The position numbers and the translations under genes were made by a program. A stretch of 64,000 bases of DNA from Podospora anserina (Eukaryota): the NCBI GenBank assembly GCA_017654855.1, contig CM030337.1, forward strand, positions 558,001-622,000, read 5' to 3'. This document shows positions 49,239-63,673 of the stretch, piece by piece. Position 1 is the stretch's first letter, and each line of letters begins with the position of its first letter. The notes below the pieces were generated by a model. It made no database searches and was not told the DNA's origin. It worked only from the letters and a program-made list of their open reading frames with translations.

Positions 49239-49816
49239 TGTGCCAACTCTTCAACCTTTCAACTGCTGGGTGGTAGCGATTTTACGGGGGGAAGGGCACC
49301 AAAAAATGAGCTCGGTCCTCAAGAGAAGAATCTGCCAAAAGCCATTCTCGTTGGCGCTCCCCAAGGCCGAACCTGATTCGTCAGGCAAAAAAAGAAGTCG
49401 GTCGCGGTGGCAGGACGGAGGTGCGCCGTGAGGCTCTGCTGCCTGGAAGAAACGGACGAAAAAAGGATGATGCGCTTTGTTGACTGGTTGCCTCTTCAGG
49501 ATTAGATTGCCAAGGCTGCCAAGCGTTGCTATGGGTGAACCGTTAAGCTGACAGTTGGAGCTTGGTGGGGTGGAAGTGGCTCGGATATATGCACATCATG
49601 GGGGACTTGGATGCTGTTATGCAACTACCGAGACGTCACTGCTGGTGAACTCAACAGTCAAACGGTCGAGAAAGCGGCGACATTGGCTTTTGCATCATCG
49701 TGTTCGGAATGTCATGAACAGAAATTGACTTGTAGGCCTTTGAGAGCCATCCAACTACACGAATTGACGACTTTTTCTATCTAATTTCACGAGAACATCA
49801 AGAAAAACAAGTCAAC

Positions 49817-51637
49817 ATGTCTGGCCTGGGTTCCGGCTCTGGAGCGGGAACAACACCTCTCCCCCACCGCTCAGTCGCCAACATCCGCTCCCCACACACC
49901 AGCGGCAACACCAATCCGTCAACCCCCTCTTCCAGCAGCCGTCCTGTTCCCACCTCCAGCTTTGGTTCCCCGTCCAGTTTGAGAGCAGATGAAGATATCC
50001 TCATTCTCGAACTTGGCTCCCGCAAACTGCAAATAGGGTTCGCCGGGGATGCCTGTCCGAGGGGCACGGTCTGGTTCACTCCATCACAGCTCCGCCGGGT
50101 GGGAGACTTCCGGGACTGGTCCTCCGAGTCCAAAACCAATGTGGACTGGAAGACGAAAAAAGTGACGGGCGAGAAGTGGTGGACCAGGGATCACGAGCTT
50201 TGGGAGTATGATGTGCGGGAGGTCGATCTAGGTCTCATTGGGGACAAGGTAGAGAGGGCGCTCAGAGAAGCTCTTACAAAGTAAGTTACTTGGCCATAAC
50301 TCTGCTTACAATAGAGCCACAGCTAACCTGGAAACAGATACATGCTGATCGATTCTCGGCCACGGAGAATGGCGTGCGTGCTGCCCTCTAGCCTTCCTCT
50401 TCCCATGTTATCGGCAGTACTAGACAGCCTCTTTACACGGTTTCAGCCGCCCACCATATCGCTGTTTTCGTCCCCCGTTGCACTGACAGTCGGTGCTGGG
50501 GTTCGTTCTGCTCTGATTGTTGATCTCGGTTGGAGGGAGACAGTTGTTACCAGTGTTTACGAGTTTCGCGAAGTCAACACCAAGCGTAGTGTTCGTGGGG
50601 GGAGATTGCTTGTGGAACAGACACACAAACTTCTCGCCAGACACCTCCCCGAAAATCAGAAAAAGAAGGAGGGCACAACCTCCGAAGATACCCAAGATTA
50701 CGACCTGAGCTTTGAGGAATGCAACGACATTGCTACTCGGATGGTTTGGTGCAAGCCACATCTATCTTCTCCCAAAGCTCACAAATCAAAGGAAGGTCTG
50801 CCCACCCTCCACGAACAAGATGAATCAGACTCTACGGAAGCCGAGTCCCCAACTGAGGCCTCAAAGACGGCCAGAATTCCACTGCAATCATGTCGATCAC
50901 CGACCACGATAGAGCTTCCCTGGGCAGCCCTTGCAGAACCCAGCGAGAATGCCTTCTTTGACTCCCAGTACTCAGAGAGCAGCTTTGACGATCATGAGCT
51001 ACCTTTGCCTCTGCTTGTCTACCGCAGTCTTCTGCAGCTACCCCTGGATGTTCGGGCACTTTGCATGTCTCGCATCATTTTCACGGGTGGCTGTGCTAGC
51101 GTTTTGGGACTACGTGGCCGTATTTTTGGCGAAGTTTCCAAGCTGATAGAGGAGAGAGGATGGGACGGTGTCCAAGGAAAGGGAGCAGACCAGATGCGGG
51201 CTAATCCAAAGCTGCAGGGAAAAAGGGGCAGTCGGCCAGCGGTTAGTGGTCCTACTGGTGTCACCAGCCCGCCGGAAGCCGTCGGTGGTCAAGAGCAGGA
51301 TGGGGTCTGGCACGATGCAGCCAATACTGCCCACGAAGCCTGTCCTGTCGAAGAGCAACTCGCGCGAGGGCAGGATAAGAGACCAAGGGTGCAGGGGAAG
51401 ATGAGGGCCATTGAGTCTGTCGGGGCGTGGAGCGGAGCAAGCCTGATAGCGCACCTTAAGGCGGCGCCTATTTCTACTATTGAACGCGAGGTTTGGTTGC
51501 AGTATGGTGCCGCAGGAGCGAGCAAGCCCAGCGAGGTTGATCAGAAGTCAGCCAGACAGAGCTTTGGGCCAGGCGGCCTTATCAGGGGGTCTGCTGCTAA
51601 TAACTCCTGGACATTGGGGGTTTGGGGTGTGAATTAG
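49817..51637 (+). CDS. Actin-related protein of dynactin Arp10/Arp11 type; intron 50281-50337
   Basis: ILELGSR..IGFAGD..P, KYMLIDSRPRR, ALIVDLGW.ET.V..V, LPLDVRA.CM..IIFTGG..V.GL..R, GAWSGASL. Confidence 0.85.
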
Positions 51638-53357
51638 GTGATGGCCATCACCATCTCGTCTTACACCCTCAAAATACCCCTTGCCATTCTTGTGTCTTTA
51701 TTTCTGGTTTATCCCAGGGGGATAGCCGCTGTCACAGTACTTATTTTAGGTAGATATTACCCCGCAAGTGCGGTGCAGTGCAGAACAAATAGTATTCATA
51801 ATTCTTTCTTCTCTTTCTCAGTTGTCTTTATCCCTCCTTCCACCTAAATTCTTCCAGGCAGCGGTTGCAGAGGAAGCCGACCGGACTGTCGGGACCGCGT
51901 GGCATCCAAGAGAAGGAACTTACCCACAATAATACCCGTCCCATCTCCAAGTCGTTCTTTCTGAGCATGGCAGCCTCCATCAAGATCGGCCGTTCGTTTG
52001 CCGTTCACCACACGTTCCTGCATTCTTGGATGACCAGGCAATGTCGTCCTTTCCCCATGTGCCCCTGAAGGGGACCATGCTCCGTGCTCCGGTCTTTTGT
52101 CAGGAGAAGGAAAGCACGAGAGGGCACTCCAAAGGGTACCTGAATTGTCTGGAGACGATGACCCAACCTGGCTTTTAGGTTCTCCCTCTTTTTTCCCCAT
52201 TGCCATCATCATCCAGCTTCTGCTTCTCCCTCTTCTACCAACCGCGGTCATTCATCTTCGTTACTGTCTGCTGTTACTGCTGCTGTTTGCAGCCTTAGCA
52301 AGACGCTGTGTTTCCTTCATTGACCGATTTTGCTTTTTGGTCCGCATCAACAACTACTTCTCGGCGCCCATAACCACCTGTTGGCGTTCGAAGCCATTTC
52401 CCACAATCAATCACGAAACTCAACCCGGAACCCACCGGACGACACCCGGTCCCGCCCCTCCTGGCCTCTTCGGCGCTTTCCCGGATAAAAAACCCAGACT
52501 CGATACAATTGTGTTGAAAACAGCGACCGACACTCTCTCGCGAAACGACTGTTGGAACATAGGGGCTCACTGAGGTCAATAATCTACCGCTTCTAGTGCT
52601 TTTCGCATCTTGTGCTAGAACTTGGTAAGTGGAAGAGTTTGTTTCTATCAGAGGTCCTTTTCACCCCACCATCTTTGCGATGTTTTGGTTGTCCCCGGAA
52701 ACGACGAAGACATCATCACCGGCCCCGGCCCCGGCCCCAGTCACCGTGGAAGTCGGCCCTTCCTCCGGCAGAGGTGCCCTTCCATCTTCGTACTCTGCTC
52801 TTCCACCCCGCTTTCTCTTCTCTCCCTTCACCACCAACACCCCTCCCTCATCTGGTTGATCGCATCCATTGTTGGAGCCATCTTCCTCTTCATGGGCATT
52901 TGCTCCACCTCTGTTCCTCTTGAACGCTCCAATGAATCGGGCGTTCAACACACAACCCTACCAGACCGTGATGACGGGCAGGACAGGCAACTTCATCAGG
53001 CAGATGACGCGGCTGCAGTATCATGATTTTGCTGTTCCTAAACCGTGGTCCCATGCTCTCAACCACCATTTGTATGCCGAGAGACGCAAGTGCCGGTTTA
53101 TTGACATTGTTGGCGAGGGGGCCTGCTGGGTCTCGAGAGTCACTCGAGACATGTTGCCCGTATTCTTGGTTTCCCAGTTGGAAAACCAAAAACTGACCGA
53201 GGAAGGCAGCCCTTTTGTTTTGGTCACGACTCTGGTCGCCTTTGTCAGTTTGCATCTCGAGACACGACATTCAGTCAGCGGACACCCAACTCTGTTCCAT
53301 TGGACATCAGAAGACAACCGTCGCTCGTACTCGCTTTTCGCAGTCCTCAACATCAAC

Positions 53358-56300
53358 ATGCCGGCTCACAGGTACACGATCGACGAGCTTATGGCCATCC
53401 GGGGCGTCCCGGTGCCGGTGCCTGCTCGCATGTCGGCTCTGGCCAACAATCCCGAGCTTGGTATGTTGACCTTGGATACACATGTCTTGAGCCCCTAGCT
53501 AAAGTATGTACAGCCGACGTGGTCCGCGAGTCTGGAAGCGAGTCATCGTCAGGCTACAAGCCTACGACTGGCAAGAATCGAGACGACTCATCCACCGCCT
53601 CTGATGAGCTCCTTTTCAAAGGCAACATCAGTCGCCGAGCATTGCGCGATGCTACTCGTGGCTCAGCTCGAGGATCGGGCCATGAGTTCAACCTTTTCCC
53701 CATGAGAGAGCCTCTCCGCCAGACAGTGCCCCAGCCTGCACTTCCTGTACAGTCTGCTCGTGAGAACGCCCGAACTGCCACTCCCTTGGGAGCTCCCATG
53801 GCCCCGCCCATGGTTGCTCCCATGACTGCCCCCAATTCTGCCTCCACAGTTGCTCGGGAAACAGCCCACGACCAGCAGCGCCCAACTGAGTGGAGAATCC
53901 ACGGTCGAAGTGACTCGGATGCCAACATCCCCGAGCCTATTCCGGCACCTGCTGGTGACATTGCCCAGAGGAGCGAGGGTTTCAAGCGCTTCTACAAGGC
54001 TGTCGTGTCTCCCACCCACGTCCGTGTTACAGCTGGTGGCCGTATCGTCCCCAATACTCGAGGGCCGCCCTCTCCGACAAACAAGCGAGCGACTGATCAC
54101 GCCGCCTCCATCGAAAACATGGGCTTGAGCGACAAGAACGCCCAAGGGAAATTGCCGACTAACCAGCTTCCCATGGGACAGCCGATTCCTATCGTGCCGC
54201 AGTTTCTTCCTGGCTATCCTCCTGGCTTCCAGCCGATGCAACCTCCCATGTCCTTTGTCCCGATGGCATTCAGTTCGCACATGCCCCAAGGCTTTCAATT
54301 TGCTCAACCCCCGGTCACGCCGGCTGCTATGGCTCCTGCAGCCTCAGGAAGCGCCTCGACTTCCAAGGACAATGCCGACCACAAGGCCTTCGATTCCCAG
54401 AGCGCCAGTCACCTACCGGGCGACAAGCAGGACAAGCCAAAGATATCGCCTCCAGAGTGGTTTGACTACACGAAGCCCTACTTCTACAACGGTCAGATCA
54501 TCTACCCCGTTGGGAACATGTCTACATCGCTTGCCAACCCCATGGGTGGTCCCATGATGCCTATGCAGATGGTCAGCGTTCCTCAAGGCGCTCCGTCTCA
54601 GCTGCAAGCCCCCATGATGCATCCTGCCTTGCCTCATGGGGGAAGCCAGATGATGGCCGGATCTTCGTTTTCACCTCCCAGCCACGGCCCGCATCAGATC
54701 CACGGAGGCGCTCATCCCATCATACCAGCCAACTTGAACTTTGCGGCGCCAAATATGGCTCCTCCCCCATCGTCGATTAGGCGCAGCGAGATTACGAGAA
54801 AGCAGATCGCCGGTTTCAAGCACGCCCTCAAGTACCACGAGGATCAATTACAGTATAATCGTCATCAGATCGATGAGAGGGAGATGGAGATGAAGGCCCA
54901 GCAGTACCGAGACCACATTGCTCACTTTGAGGCGGTTCTCAAGCAGCAGCTTGAGGCTGAGGCTGAGACCCTGGACCACAAGAAGCCAGAAGTTGGCCGA
55001 AACGATCTTGCTCAGCAAAGAGCCGAGGGAAGCGTCTCTGGCGACACGGGAGTCCAGCAAAGCCAGCATGAGTCGGAAGATGCTGTTCGACGAAGGGCCG
55101 CAAGCGGCCGCCAGGGTATCAATATAAATATCGGCGATGGTGGCAATGCAGTCTTTCAGCGCCCCATTGCTGCGAACCGGTCCTATGGCGAACCTTCCAG
55201 ACAGACAGGAATCCCCAGTGAAGCCGTCCTGGCTCCCGCTTTTGAACCCGGCGGCAGAACATTGCACGAGATCGCGAACGAGTCCAATGAGCGACTCAAG
55301 TCGGAAGGAGTTTGGAAATATGGCCATGGTATTCAGAACATACCAAGCCGGGGTGTCAGCCGGCCTTTCAATCCGTCGCTGTCGCATCAGTCTGACCGCG
55401 CCGAGGGAAGCTCGAGTTCTGCCAGCGTTTCGGGACAGGGCGGCTCGGCAGAGGCTTTTGGTACCTCCAGATCTGCCAAGGGCAAGGGTGTTGACAGAGG
55501 CGGTGGGAGCAGTGGCTATTCCAGGTCGAGCTTTGGAGTGCCATATCTACTTGGGACTCTTCCCAAGGGTTTCGATCCCCGCAAGGCTACTGATCACGAC
55601 TACATTTACACTCGCCCTCTGAACGAGGATGAGGTTCGCGCCCGCTACCTGTATTGGGGAAAAGCACCCAAGTCTGCCATGAGAGGGCTTCCCAAGTATG
55701 ACGGAAAGCACTTCTACCCCCCTTCTCCCGTCCAGGAACCCAGCAGCCCGGTCACGGCCCATCGCAACCCCACCGCCCGTTCCGATGCCGAGCACGCCTA
55801 TCGGCAGACCAAGTCTGACCAAGATCCCTTTCGCCCCATGACTCCGGTTCATGATTCGATTTCCAAGCCAGTAGGGGCAAGCGAGGATGGATATGCCATG
55901 GGCAGGCTCACGCGCAACGTCTCTTTTGAGACTCAGGTCGACAGCAGTGGTCTTGAAGACGTGCCAGTGGGTGATTCTATTGATGTTCCAGAGACGGGGA
56001 CAATCTTGCGGAACCGTGAGAATAGCGCGGATGCAGGCTCTATTGGGTCGACTGACCGGCGCTCGGAGAGATCTGGGTATGGCCCCGTCCCCGGCCCCTC
56101 CTCATATGGCTCTCTGCCTGACCCATATGCCCATTTCTTTTCTAGTCCCCAATATCGCGTCTATGGACACACTGACACAATGATGCAGCGCGAGACTCTG
56201 GCAGACCGTTTTGAAGAAGGGTCCGACGATCAGCGCGGTTTCATCGACTACGGCACAGGCAGTTCTGCCTCTTCACTATTCGGGTCACGCAGCGGCTTCC

Positions 56301-56495
56301 CTAAGCCCTTCGATTACTAAGGACCGGTCCGGCTTTCGCGAGGTTTCTCCAGACAACAGCGGTATCGTCTCTCCTGGTCTTCAGAAGTGGGCTGAGAACC
56401 TTCCCCCTAGCGCGAGCTCTTTGGAGGATCAGTTCAAAAGGTTGATGACCTTGAATGAGTCTCCGGAAGACGGTCGGATTGATTTTCGTTCGTAA
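53358..56495 (+). CDS. Large disordered protein with N-terminal YxxxxL-phi motif; introns 53461-53513 and 56077-56188
   Basis: CAAC-ATG at 53358; both introns phase compatible (GTATGT..GCTAAA..CAG; GTATGG..ACTGAC..CAG); complex blocks FYKAVVSPTHVRVTAGGRIVPN, a coiled coil, RYLYWGKAP..GLPKYDGKHFYPPSP, LWQTVLKK. Confidence 0.85.
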
Positions 56496-58143
56496 CAATT
56501 ATTCAACAATGTTATTGATAGGCATGGATGAGGAGACGATGGAAGTGTTATTCAGGGGTTATTAGTGTAGTACTATTGTGTGGAACAACAGCAGCATTCG
56601 AGAGGAGGAGAAGGATGGAGTATCTGTTTTATGCCATACTTGATGGTTTCAGTGGCTATATGCCCAATTAGTCGATAGATGCTCGCCGTCTAATGATGTT
56701 TATCGGCCGAGGAGTATTTAATCCCAAGGGCAGCTTACTATTAGATCAAGGAATAGATCTTCCGTAGCACAAGAAGATTATGTATTTGGTTCTGTAGCCA
56801 AGTTTTTTTGCAGTGATGGTGACTGGGAACAGTACCGAGGTATTGTGTGTTATTGTCCGCTCTACTTGAGAGACAATTGTTCAGCTGCGTCTACTTATAC
56901 TTATACGTCTTAGGGGAGGAACCTTTCTGATCTTGGTTCTGGCTGACTCTATTTGACCAGGTGAAACGCACTGCTACCTAGAAAGATGGTTAGGGGATGG
57001 TTCAACTTACTCATATAATACATCTATCCTCCATGAGGTGTATAGCCTCTCAGAATAGACCAGGTAGTAATGACTAGGGGGTTCCACAAGAACTTTGTCT
57101 CACACATCCACACGCCTTGATAACAGAAGCTATACCCTTGGCGATGCTCATGATTTTCTCAACACATAGAAAGACCGAGAAATCTGAGCCCCCCCTGAAC
57201 TAGTCAGAACCGAACATATACTCAGCCACCTGGTATCTTTGACTTGTGTGATTTTGGAAACATTAGCAGGTGTGTTACTACAGTATACTTACTTGAGGGA
57301 GGGAGCACTCTGGAGATGACCGGCTCAGGTCAGGTGGAATCTTGTCTTGCCGGCAGAGAATATAAATCGGGGGCGTGCCGAGGATGTAGCAACCAATCTT
57401 ATAGATACCTTATTTCAGGGCCTGTCAAAAGTCATGACCTACAATGGCAAACTTGAGTGCGCATAGACCGTTGACTTTACGGGTTGTTGTGTAGTTCTAC
57501 AAAAGCATGCCAGTCGTATTTAGGGGTAAAAAGGGGGGTAGTGAGTGATACGGAATGGGACTGGTTGAGCATAGTCATTCAAAGGAGACTAAGTTATGTC
57601 CTAAATGATGTTTACTATGGTCTTGTCTTGTGTAATATTTGGCACGGAGACTACAGGACCAGTGCATCTTCATTTTCTTTCCGCATCTCTCTACTGCTCA
57701 CATCGTGTCCAATCAGTCAGTAAATCGCTTCATGTTTGTCTATCTCTCGTATTTAATTCTTGAACAATTCACCATTCAGAGACAAACCAATACCTACGAA
57801 AAAGCTTATCACCGCAATTTCTGTGATGCGTAGCCCTATTGGTGTTTCTACCCCATCTTGTTCCATTCGCCACGATCTATCGATATTTGATGAGATATTC
57901 CGGTCCTGGTCTGCGGCCTGTTTCTCCCCTCCCCAAAAAATCTCAACCATATCGTGTTTCCTTCCACGATCAAGTGGTGTGGTGTCTAATGTGATAGTGA
58001 TCCCAAGCCCATCACATGAAACCTGCCACACACGAAAAGGAGGGTCAATAAAAAACCACCTGGCTACCCAAGCCTTTCAATGCACATCATCTGACACCAA
58101 TTCTGCCTTCAACCCGTTTTCCTTCCATGCACCGAACAAACCA

Positions 58144-60853
58144 TCACCTCCACCCCAACATCCCCCCCTCGCTTCCAGCCCTCACAACCTCCAATCTCCC
58201 CCCATAATAAAAATGTGGCTCCCCCAATCTCACCCCATCCCCATTCAGCCTAGCCCTCTTCAACTCCGCTTCATACCTCTCCCTCGTTTTCCTTCTATAC
58301 GCTTTGATCTCCCCTATCACATCCCTCATCCCATTCATCAGCTCCCTTTTCTTCGGCCTTCTTTTTCCTGCCGCAGTAGTGTCTCCCCTCGTAACAATCG
58401 CCTGCCATGCAGCGCCCCAGATGAACTCACCTTCTGGAACACCCGCCAGGACATGACACGGGCTGGCAGGCACTGCATCAGCACACAGACGCCTGTCGAG
58501 GATGTTGCGCATGTATGCCTCGACTGCAGGGGAAACTTCTTGATGCTCGTGTTGTGGAGTGTCTTCAGTTGAATCGTAAAAAGGAGGTGGTGGACCTGTC
58601 CAGATGGGGACGGCATATTCCGTTCCATTCCAGTTGCCTCTGCTGCTGCTGCTGCTGCTGCGTTGTTGTGGTCCAGTCGTCAGTCGGCCCGACTGCCCCT
58701 CGTTGCCCCCATTCACAATGGGCTCGGACCTGTCGCCGGTGCGGGGAAGATGTGAGAGGGTGGAGGGAGAATGTCTCTGGGTCTGACTCTGATTTGACAC
58801 GGTTTGGTCCGGAACAGCCCTGTGATCGTCGGCTGCTGGACCCGCCACCACCGACGTGAGAGGCGTGGTGTCTGTGTTTGTTGTGTCTATGTTTGACGAA
58901 GAAACCTCAGCAGGAGAAGAAGAATCGAATGAAAAGTCAGAAAATCGAGAATCGTCAAAGAAACTAAATTCCTTGGCCGCCGTTGTTTCTTCAGCGACGT
59001 ATTTCTTTTGATTCTTCTCTTCTCCATCTTCTTCACCGTCCTCAAGCAATTCCCCCTTAACATCATGATCAAACTCCAGTCGGACATGCCTCAGACCGAC
59101 CACAGTGGCAGGGCCGCGGCGGCTCTTGCCCAGAGTCCTATTCATGTCTTGAATTGCCCGTTCCTGCATCGAGGCGAGCTTCAGGAGCTCTATCAGCCTG
59201 TCAATCAGGGGGCCGGTCGACCACCTCGGGATATGTGTCAAGGTCAGGAGCCGTAGCCGGGGATTCATATCTGGCCGGAACGCTTGCGGGTACGCCATCT
59301 CGGCCCGTGGAAGCAGGAACGTTTCGGCTAGCCACAGGTTTTCCATGGTTGACAGCACACCTCCATCACGGCCTTTCAGAGACAAGAGCTGTGTAACGAG
59401 GGAGTGGTGGATGCGCAAGACCTGTAGGTTTGACGAAAGCACGGGGCGGAAGGCGTGCGCTGCTCCGAGCAGACCTGAGACACGGATGCTGGACGGCAGC
59501 CAGTCCGGCCTCACAGCCTCGTGAATTTCGTAGACCATGCTATCGCAATCGAGATGCTGTAGTTGCCCGGGGGATGCCATGATCAGCCTAACCAAGCCGT
59601 TGGCGGTTATGCTGTTACCGCCGAGATATAAGTGAGTAATGCCATTATGACTGTGACAGACACCCAGGTCGTGGAGGCTTTCCCGTCTTGGTGAAGAAGC
59701 TCCAGGAATGCCTGAAAATGATCTTCTAATCTCGTCCTCCGAATCATCCTGTACTTTGGTTCGGCCGTTCAGACGTGTACGGACACCCTCCTGAGGAGTG
59801 TATTCAACAAGGCGAGTGTAGTTAGGGGCATCAACCAGATAGCGGTCGGCATGGCTAAAGGTGGCACTCCAGTGAGACTCTCTAATCAGGCAAAACTGAC
59901 CAAAGAGAGGCGTGCCCTTGCCGGGGATGATCTCCAGTCTACCTTCAACATCATAATGACTGTCTGTCCGCAAGCTTTCGGCAGGAAAGGCGAAAATATG
60001 CAAGTCATTGAGCACAGCATCTGTTAGCTGATTTTGGCTGAGGTCCAAGCTCCAAAGCTGCTGTTTGAATGTTCTCACCAGCAGGGCGGCCGTTGAGTCG
60101 CCCATCTCCCTTGCACCTACCTTGAGGACACGGAGGTGAGGATGCCTCTCCGGGCCGAATCTCTGTTGCTCCAGCGGCTTCCTGAGAGAGCCGGCCATGT
60201 TAGACACATCCAGGTACACAAGATGGTGCAGATAAGGCGACGAAAAGAAGGCGGTCGGTATCTTGACTTGGCATTGCGGTATGTTGAGCATCAATGGCCC
60301 CTCTGCATTGCTGGCATCATGGTCCGTATCGGGAGTAGTCGCCACAGCCAGGTCGTCTGCCTCCACGTCCCAGTGCCTATTCAGTAGAATGCAACGAAGT
60401 TGAGGGAATGTGACCGGCACAGCCCGTAGATAGGCCGAGAGCGATCTGCTCAGCGAATGCAGCGAAAGCTCAGAGGTTCCGGCCTCTACCCGGCGGAGGT
60501 CTAGACAAGTAACGAGGAGACGTGTGGCCTGGCGGACACATCGCATATGCTCCATGAAGCGGTAGAACCACTCGATATCTGCCACGGCGGTTGTCAACAG
60601 CAGACAGACGGCAAAGACGGCAGCAGAGCGGAGTTCACGGACCAATGTCTCGGTTGACAGGCCTGCCGGCGGAGGTGGAGGCTGTTGCCAAAGGGTCATT
60701 CCAGAGACGCGGCGCTAGATGGCGATAGAAACGCCTGTTGACGAGGCAGAGACGCGCATATTCTCGGATAGGCACGTAGGGTGCGATAAGCTCGACCCAG
60801 TCCAGACGCCGCGTAGCCTCCTGGTAGGATGGCAGGTCTGTGTCTGCTGCCAT
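58144..60853 (-). CDS. F-box-like / leucine-rich-repeat protein; intron 60579-60642
   Basis: Exon 1 LIAPY...EYARLCLVNRRFY..L...LW resembles an F-box; LRR units LVYLDVS, LRVLKV, LWSLDLSQNQLTD, ITHLYLGGNSIT, LQVLRI. Confidence 0.8.
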
Positions 60854-62604
60854 GCGGGTGATGCTGTCCATCACTAGCTCTCATGCAGGCGATCGTGGAT
60901 GGCAGCGGGTGTTGGAGGACACCGCGACCGGGTCGGTCTCTTTTGCAAGTCAACCTCCTCTCAACAGGCGAGATCGGCGGCACGCGCAAGAAGTGGGCTG
61001 GCTGAGGGTTGGGTCTGGTGGCCCATCGTACTGTGTGAGTTGGTATGCATTGAGAGGTTTGAATGAGGTTAGTTGATGTGAGAGATCATTCCAATTGACA
61101 AGCCAAGCTGGAAGTCACCGAGCAAGTGGTGAGGGGCACGCCCGGGAACGGAACCCGAGAGGTCCAGGGCAGCCAGGCGATTTCGTAAGCAGTGGGATAG
61201 CGCTAACTTGAGATGGCGGCCCGTTGTAACCCTGGGGTTACAGGGCTTCGACAACCCCAGAACCCTGAGCCCCCGTTCATCCAAGGATTTTCACAAGGAT
61301 CTCGATAACCTCCATCAGGGTCTGATTCACGACTTACAGCACATTCACACGTGTAGGAAGCACATTCATCGATCTTCATCTTCCAATATCGATTCACAAT
61401 CCCACCCTGAATCCCATCGACAATTACCCCGTCCCTTGCGATTTTCTGTTTGTGACGAGAAAAAGCAATCTCAAACCAAACCAGGATTTAAGTCTGATCT
61501 TTGCCTCTCAACCACTTTCCCGGACTTAACCCTCCGTGTGTGCCATCTCAATGTCTTTCCATGTGTGGATCAACTCTACAGTTTGCAACCTCGGCTTGAT
61601 TGGACAGGAGCCTATGAGAAGGAAAGCTTATGTGTGAGGCCGTTTTAGGCACACGATCTGTGACATGACGAGTGCCCAGGAGCGTGGCTGACGGAGGTAA
61701 GTCCACCTCCCCTCCTGAGTTCAGCTTAAATACTAGAGGCACACATGAGGTGCCAGCATCCGGGTAGCCCTGTGAGCCCCCCGCTGATGAACACCTTCTG
61801 GCGCTATGTCGCTGAATTATCGTGATATTTCCCAATCTATCTCTCTTACCGAACCTGCTCACCGAGGTATGTGATTCCCTCTACAGTACTCCCAAAAGTC
61901 AAGATCCTCATCTATCTCGCCCAAAACAGCGAGAAAATCTCCAAAAGAAAGACAGATAACGGCGCCGAGGTGCATGAGGCTGTATGCACCTGCCAAGGCA
62001 GAGCAGCATATGTGTCTCAGCAGCAATTCTCCCCCATCAATCCAAGAAGAAACGAAACATGCCAATTTTCCAATTCCCATATTCATTCTCCTGTGTAACC
62101 TCCTCACCCAAGGTACCGCCGAAAGGTGACAGGAGGTTCTACAATCCTCACCTAGCGTCTTCTCAAACTGAGCTGCATGGTAGATCCTCTTTGACACTCT
62201 CCCAAAACGTCAAGATCATCGCCATCACACCACCTTTTTTCCAAAACGCACACACACCAACCCTTTTCTATCACTGTTCTTCTCCCCGCAAGATCTATTG
62301 TCACACTCAGTCAGTCAGTCACACTACACAAACCGTTACAATGTCACCCATCCTTCCCAGCAGGAAAAAAACCTCCTTCGCTTCCAGAGTTCCTGTCGGT
62401 GATGGAAAGGGTGTGACAGAAAAAAGAAAAAGAAAAAGGCATGGCGTTGCAATGATAGACACAAACAACTCAATCGTTTTCCTATTGGATACCGACCACA
62501 GCTTTAGCGCAAGTGCCATCGTTGTCTGGGCGAGCATTGTAATTAATCTTCTATTACAACCACAAAAGAAAGTCATGATCTATTGGTATGCACCCATGAT
62601 CTGA

Positions 62605-62631
62605 CAACAACAACAACAACAACAACAACAA
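62605..62631. repeat. (CAA)9 microsatellite
   Basis: Read directly from sequence. Confidence 0.95.
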
Positions 62632-63616
62632 CACAGTTGCGTAGGAGGCTTTCAGCTAGTGGATTTCCCGTATAAAAATTCCCTGACTGCCAACTCTCTC
62701 AAAGCTAGTATCACTAACAGACGAATATGTGACCTGTCAGTTTAACATTCTCCACAGCCTTGTTCGTCAGTCTCCAAGTGAGTCTTCGGACCTTGAATCG
62801 GAGGCAGGAGCACAGTAGCAACACAATTGTTTGAAGTCAAAATATACTGTCCCTTGTCTCAGAAACAAAAAAAAAAAAAACTCGAGACGCCTCGCCCCAT
62901 GCCAGATCTAAGACACACAAGAAACACAAGAAGTCGTTGGCTCAAATCAACTTTCTCCTCTTGCTGCTGGTCGCTTCCTGTCGGTCAGTCACAAAGAGAC
63001 ACGAGTTCAACGCCTTTCTTGTCAGGGTTCAAGTCGGTGTGTAGTCTCGCCTTTGTTGAGAAGCAGACCACACCCAAAGTGGTATCAAATGCTTCCGAGT
63101 GCATCAAGGTCAGTTGTCAAACAACAGTTTCATCGCAGTGAAGTGTGTGAGAGAGAGATGTGTATGCTATGTGAATTATATTAATTTATTTTTTATCTTC
63201 ACTAGCTAGGTAATAGCATCATACATTATCCCCTTCCCCCCTCCCTTTTGTGAGTGAAGCTAAACCACCCCAATACTTTTTTTTCTTTTGCCATCCCCTG
63301 TTTCCACACACCCATCCATTCACACATCATCGTCATCATCCGTAGAATATCAAGTAGTTGTTACATGACCAAAAGAAAAGAGATACTCCTCATATGGTTC
63401 CTCCCACCCACCCCATCACCGCCCAAAGTCGGTTTTCCGTTACACATTTGTTGCCAACGACGACGCCCCCCAACCCCCCCAGCCATATCCAACAACTCCA
63501 AATACCCAATAATAAACAACAAGAATGAAAAAAAGGAAAAATGAAAAAAGGAACGCGCACAAGAATGTGATACACATACACCACCACTGCCCTCCCACCC
63601 AATGCTTTTTTTGCCC

Positions 63617-63670
<54 letters not shown>
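63617..63670. repeat. (TTG)18 microsatellite directly after the C2H2 gene stop codon
   Basis: Read directly from sequence. Confidence 0.95.

Positions 63671-63672
<2 letters not shown>

Positions 63673-63673
<1 letters not shown>

Noticed and set aside
52622..53026. 134-aa ORF with a hydrophobic stretch
   Set aside because: No ATG start; lies in the pyrimidine-rich leader (GTAAGT at 52625 suggests a UTR intron) of the 53358 gene.
57760..58572. 270-aa plus-strand ORF
   Set aside because: Antisense to the F-box/LRR gene end and its 3' flank; low complexity.
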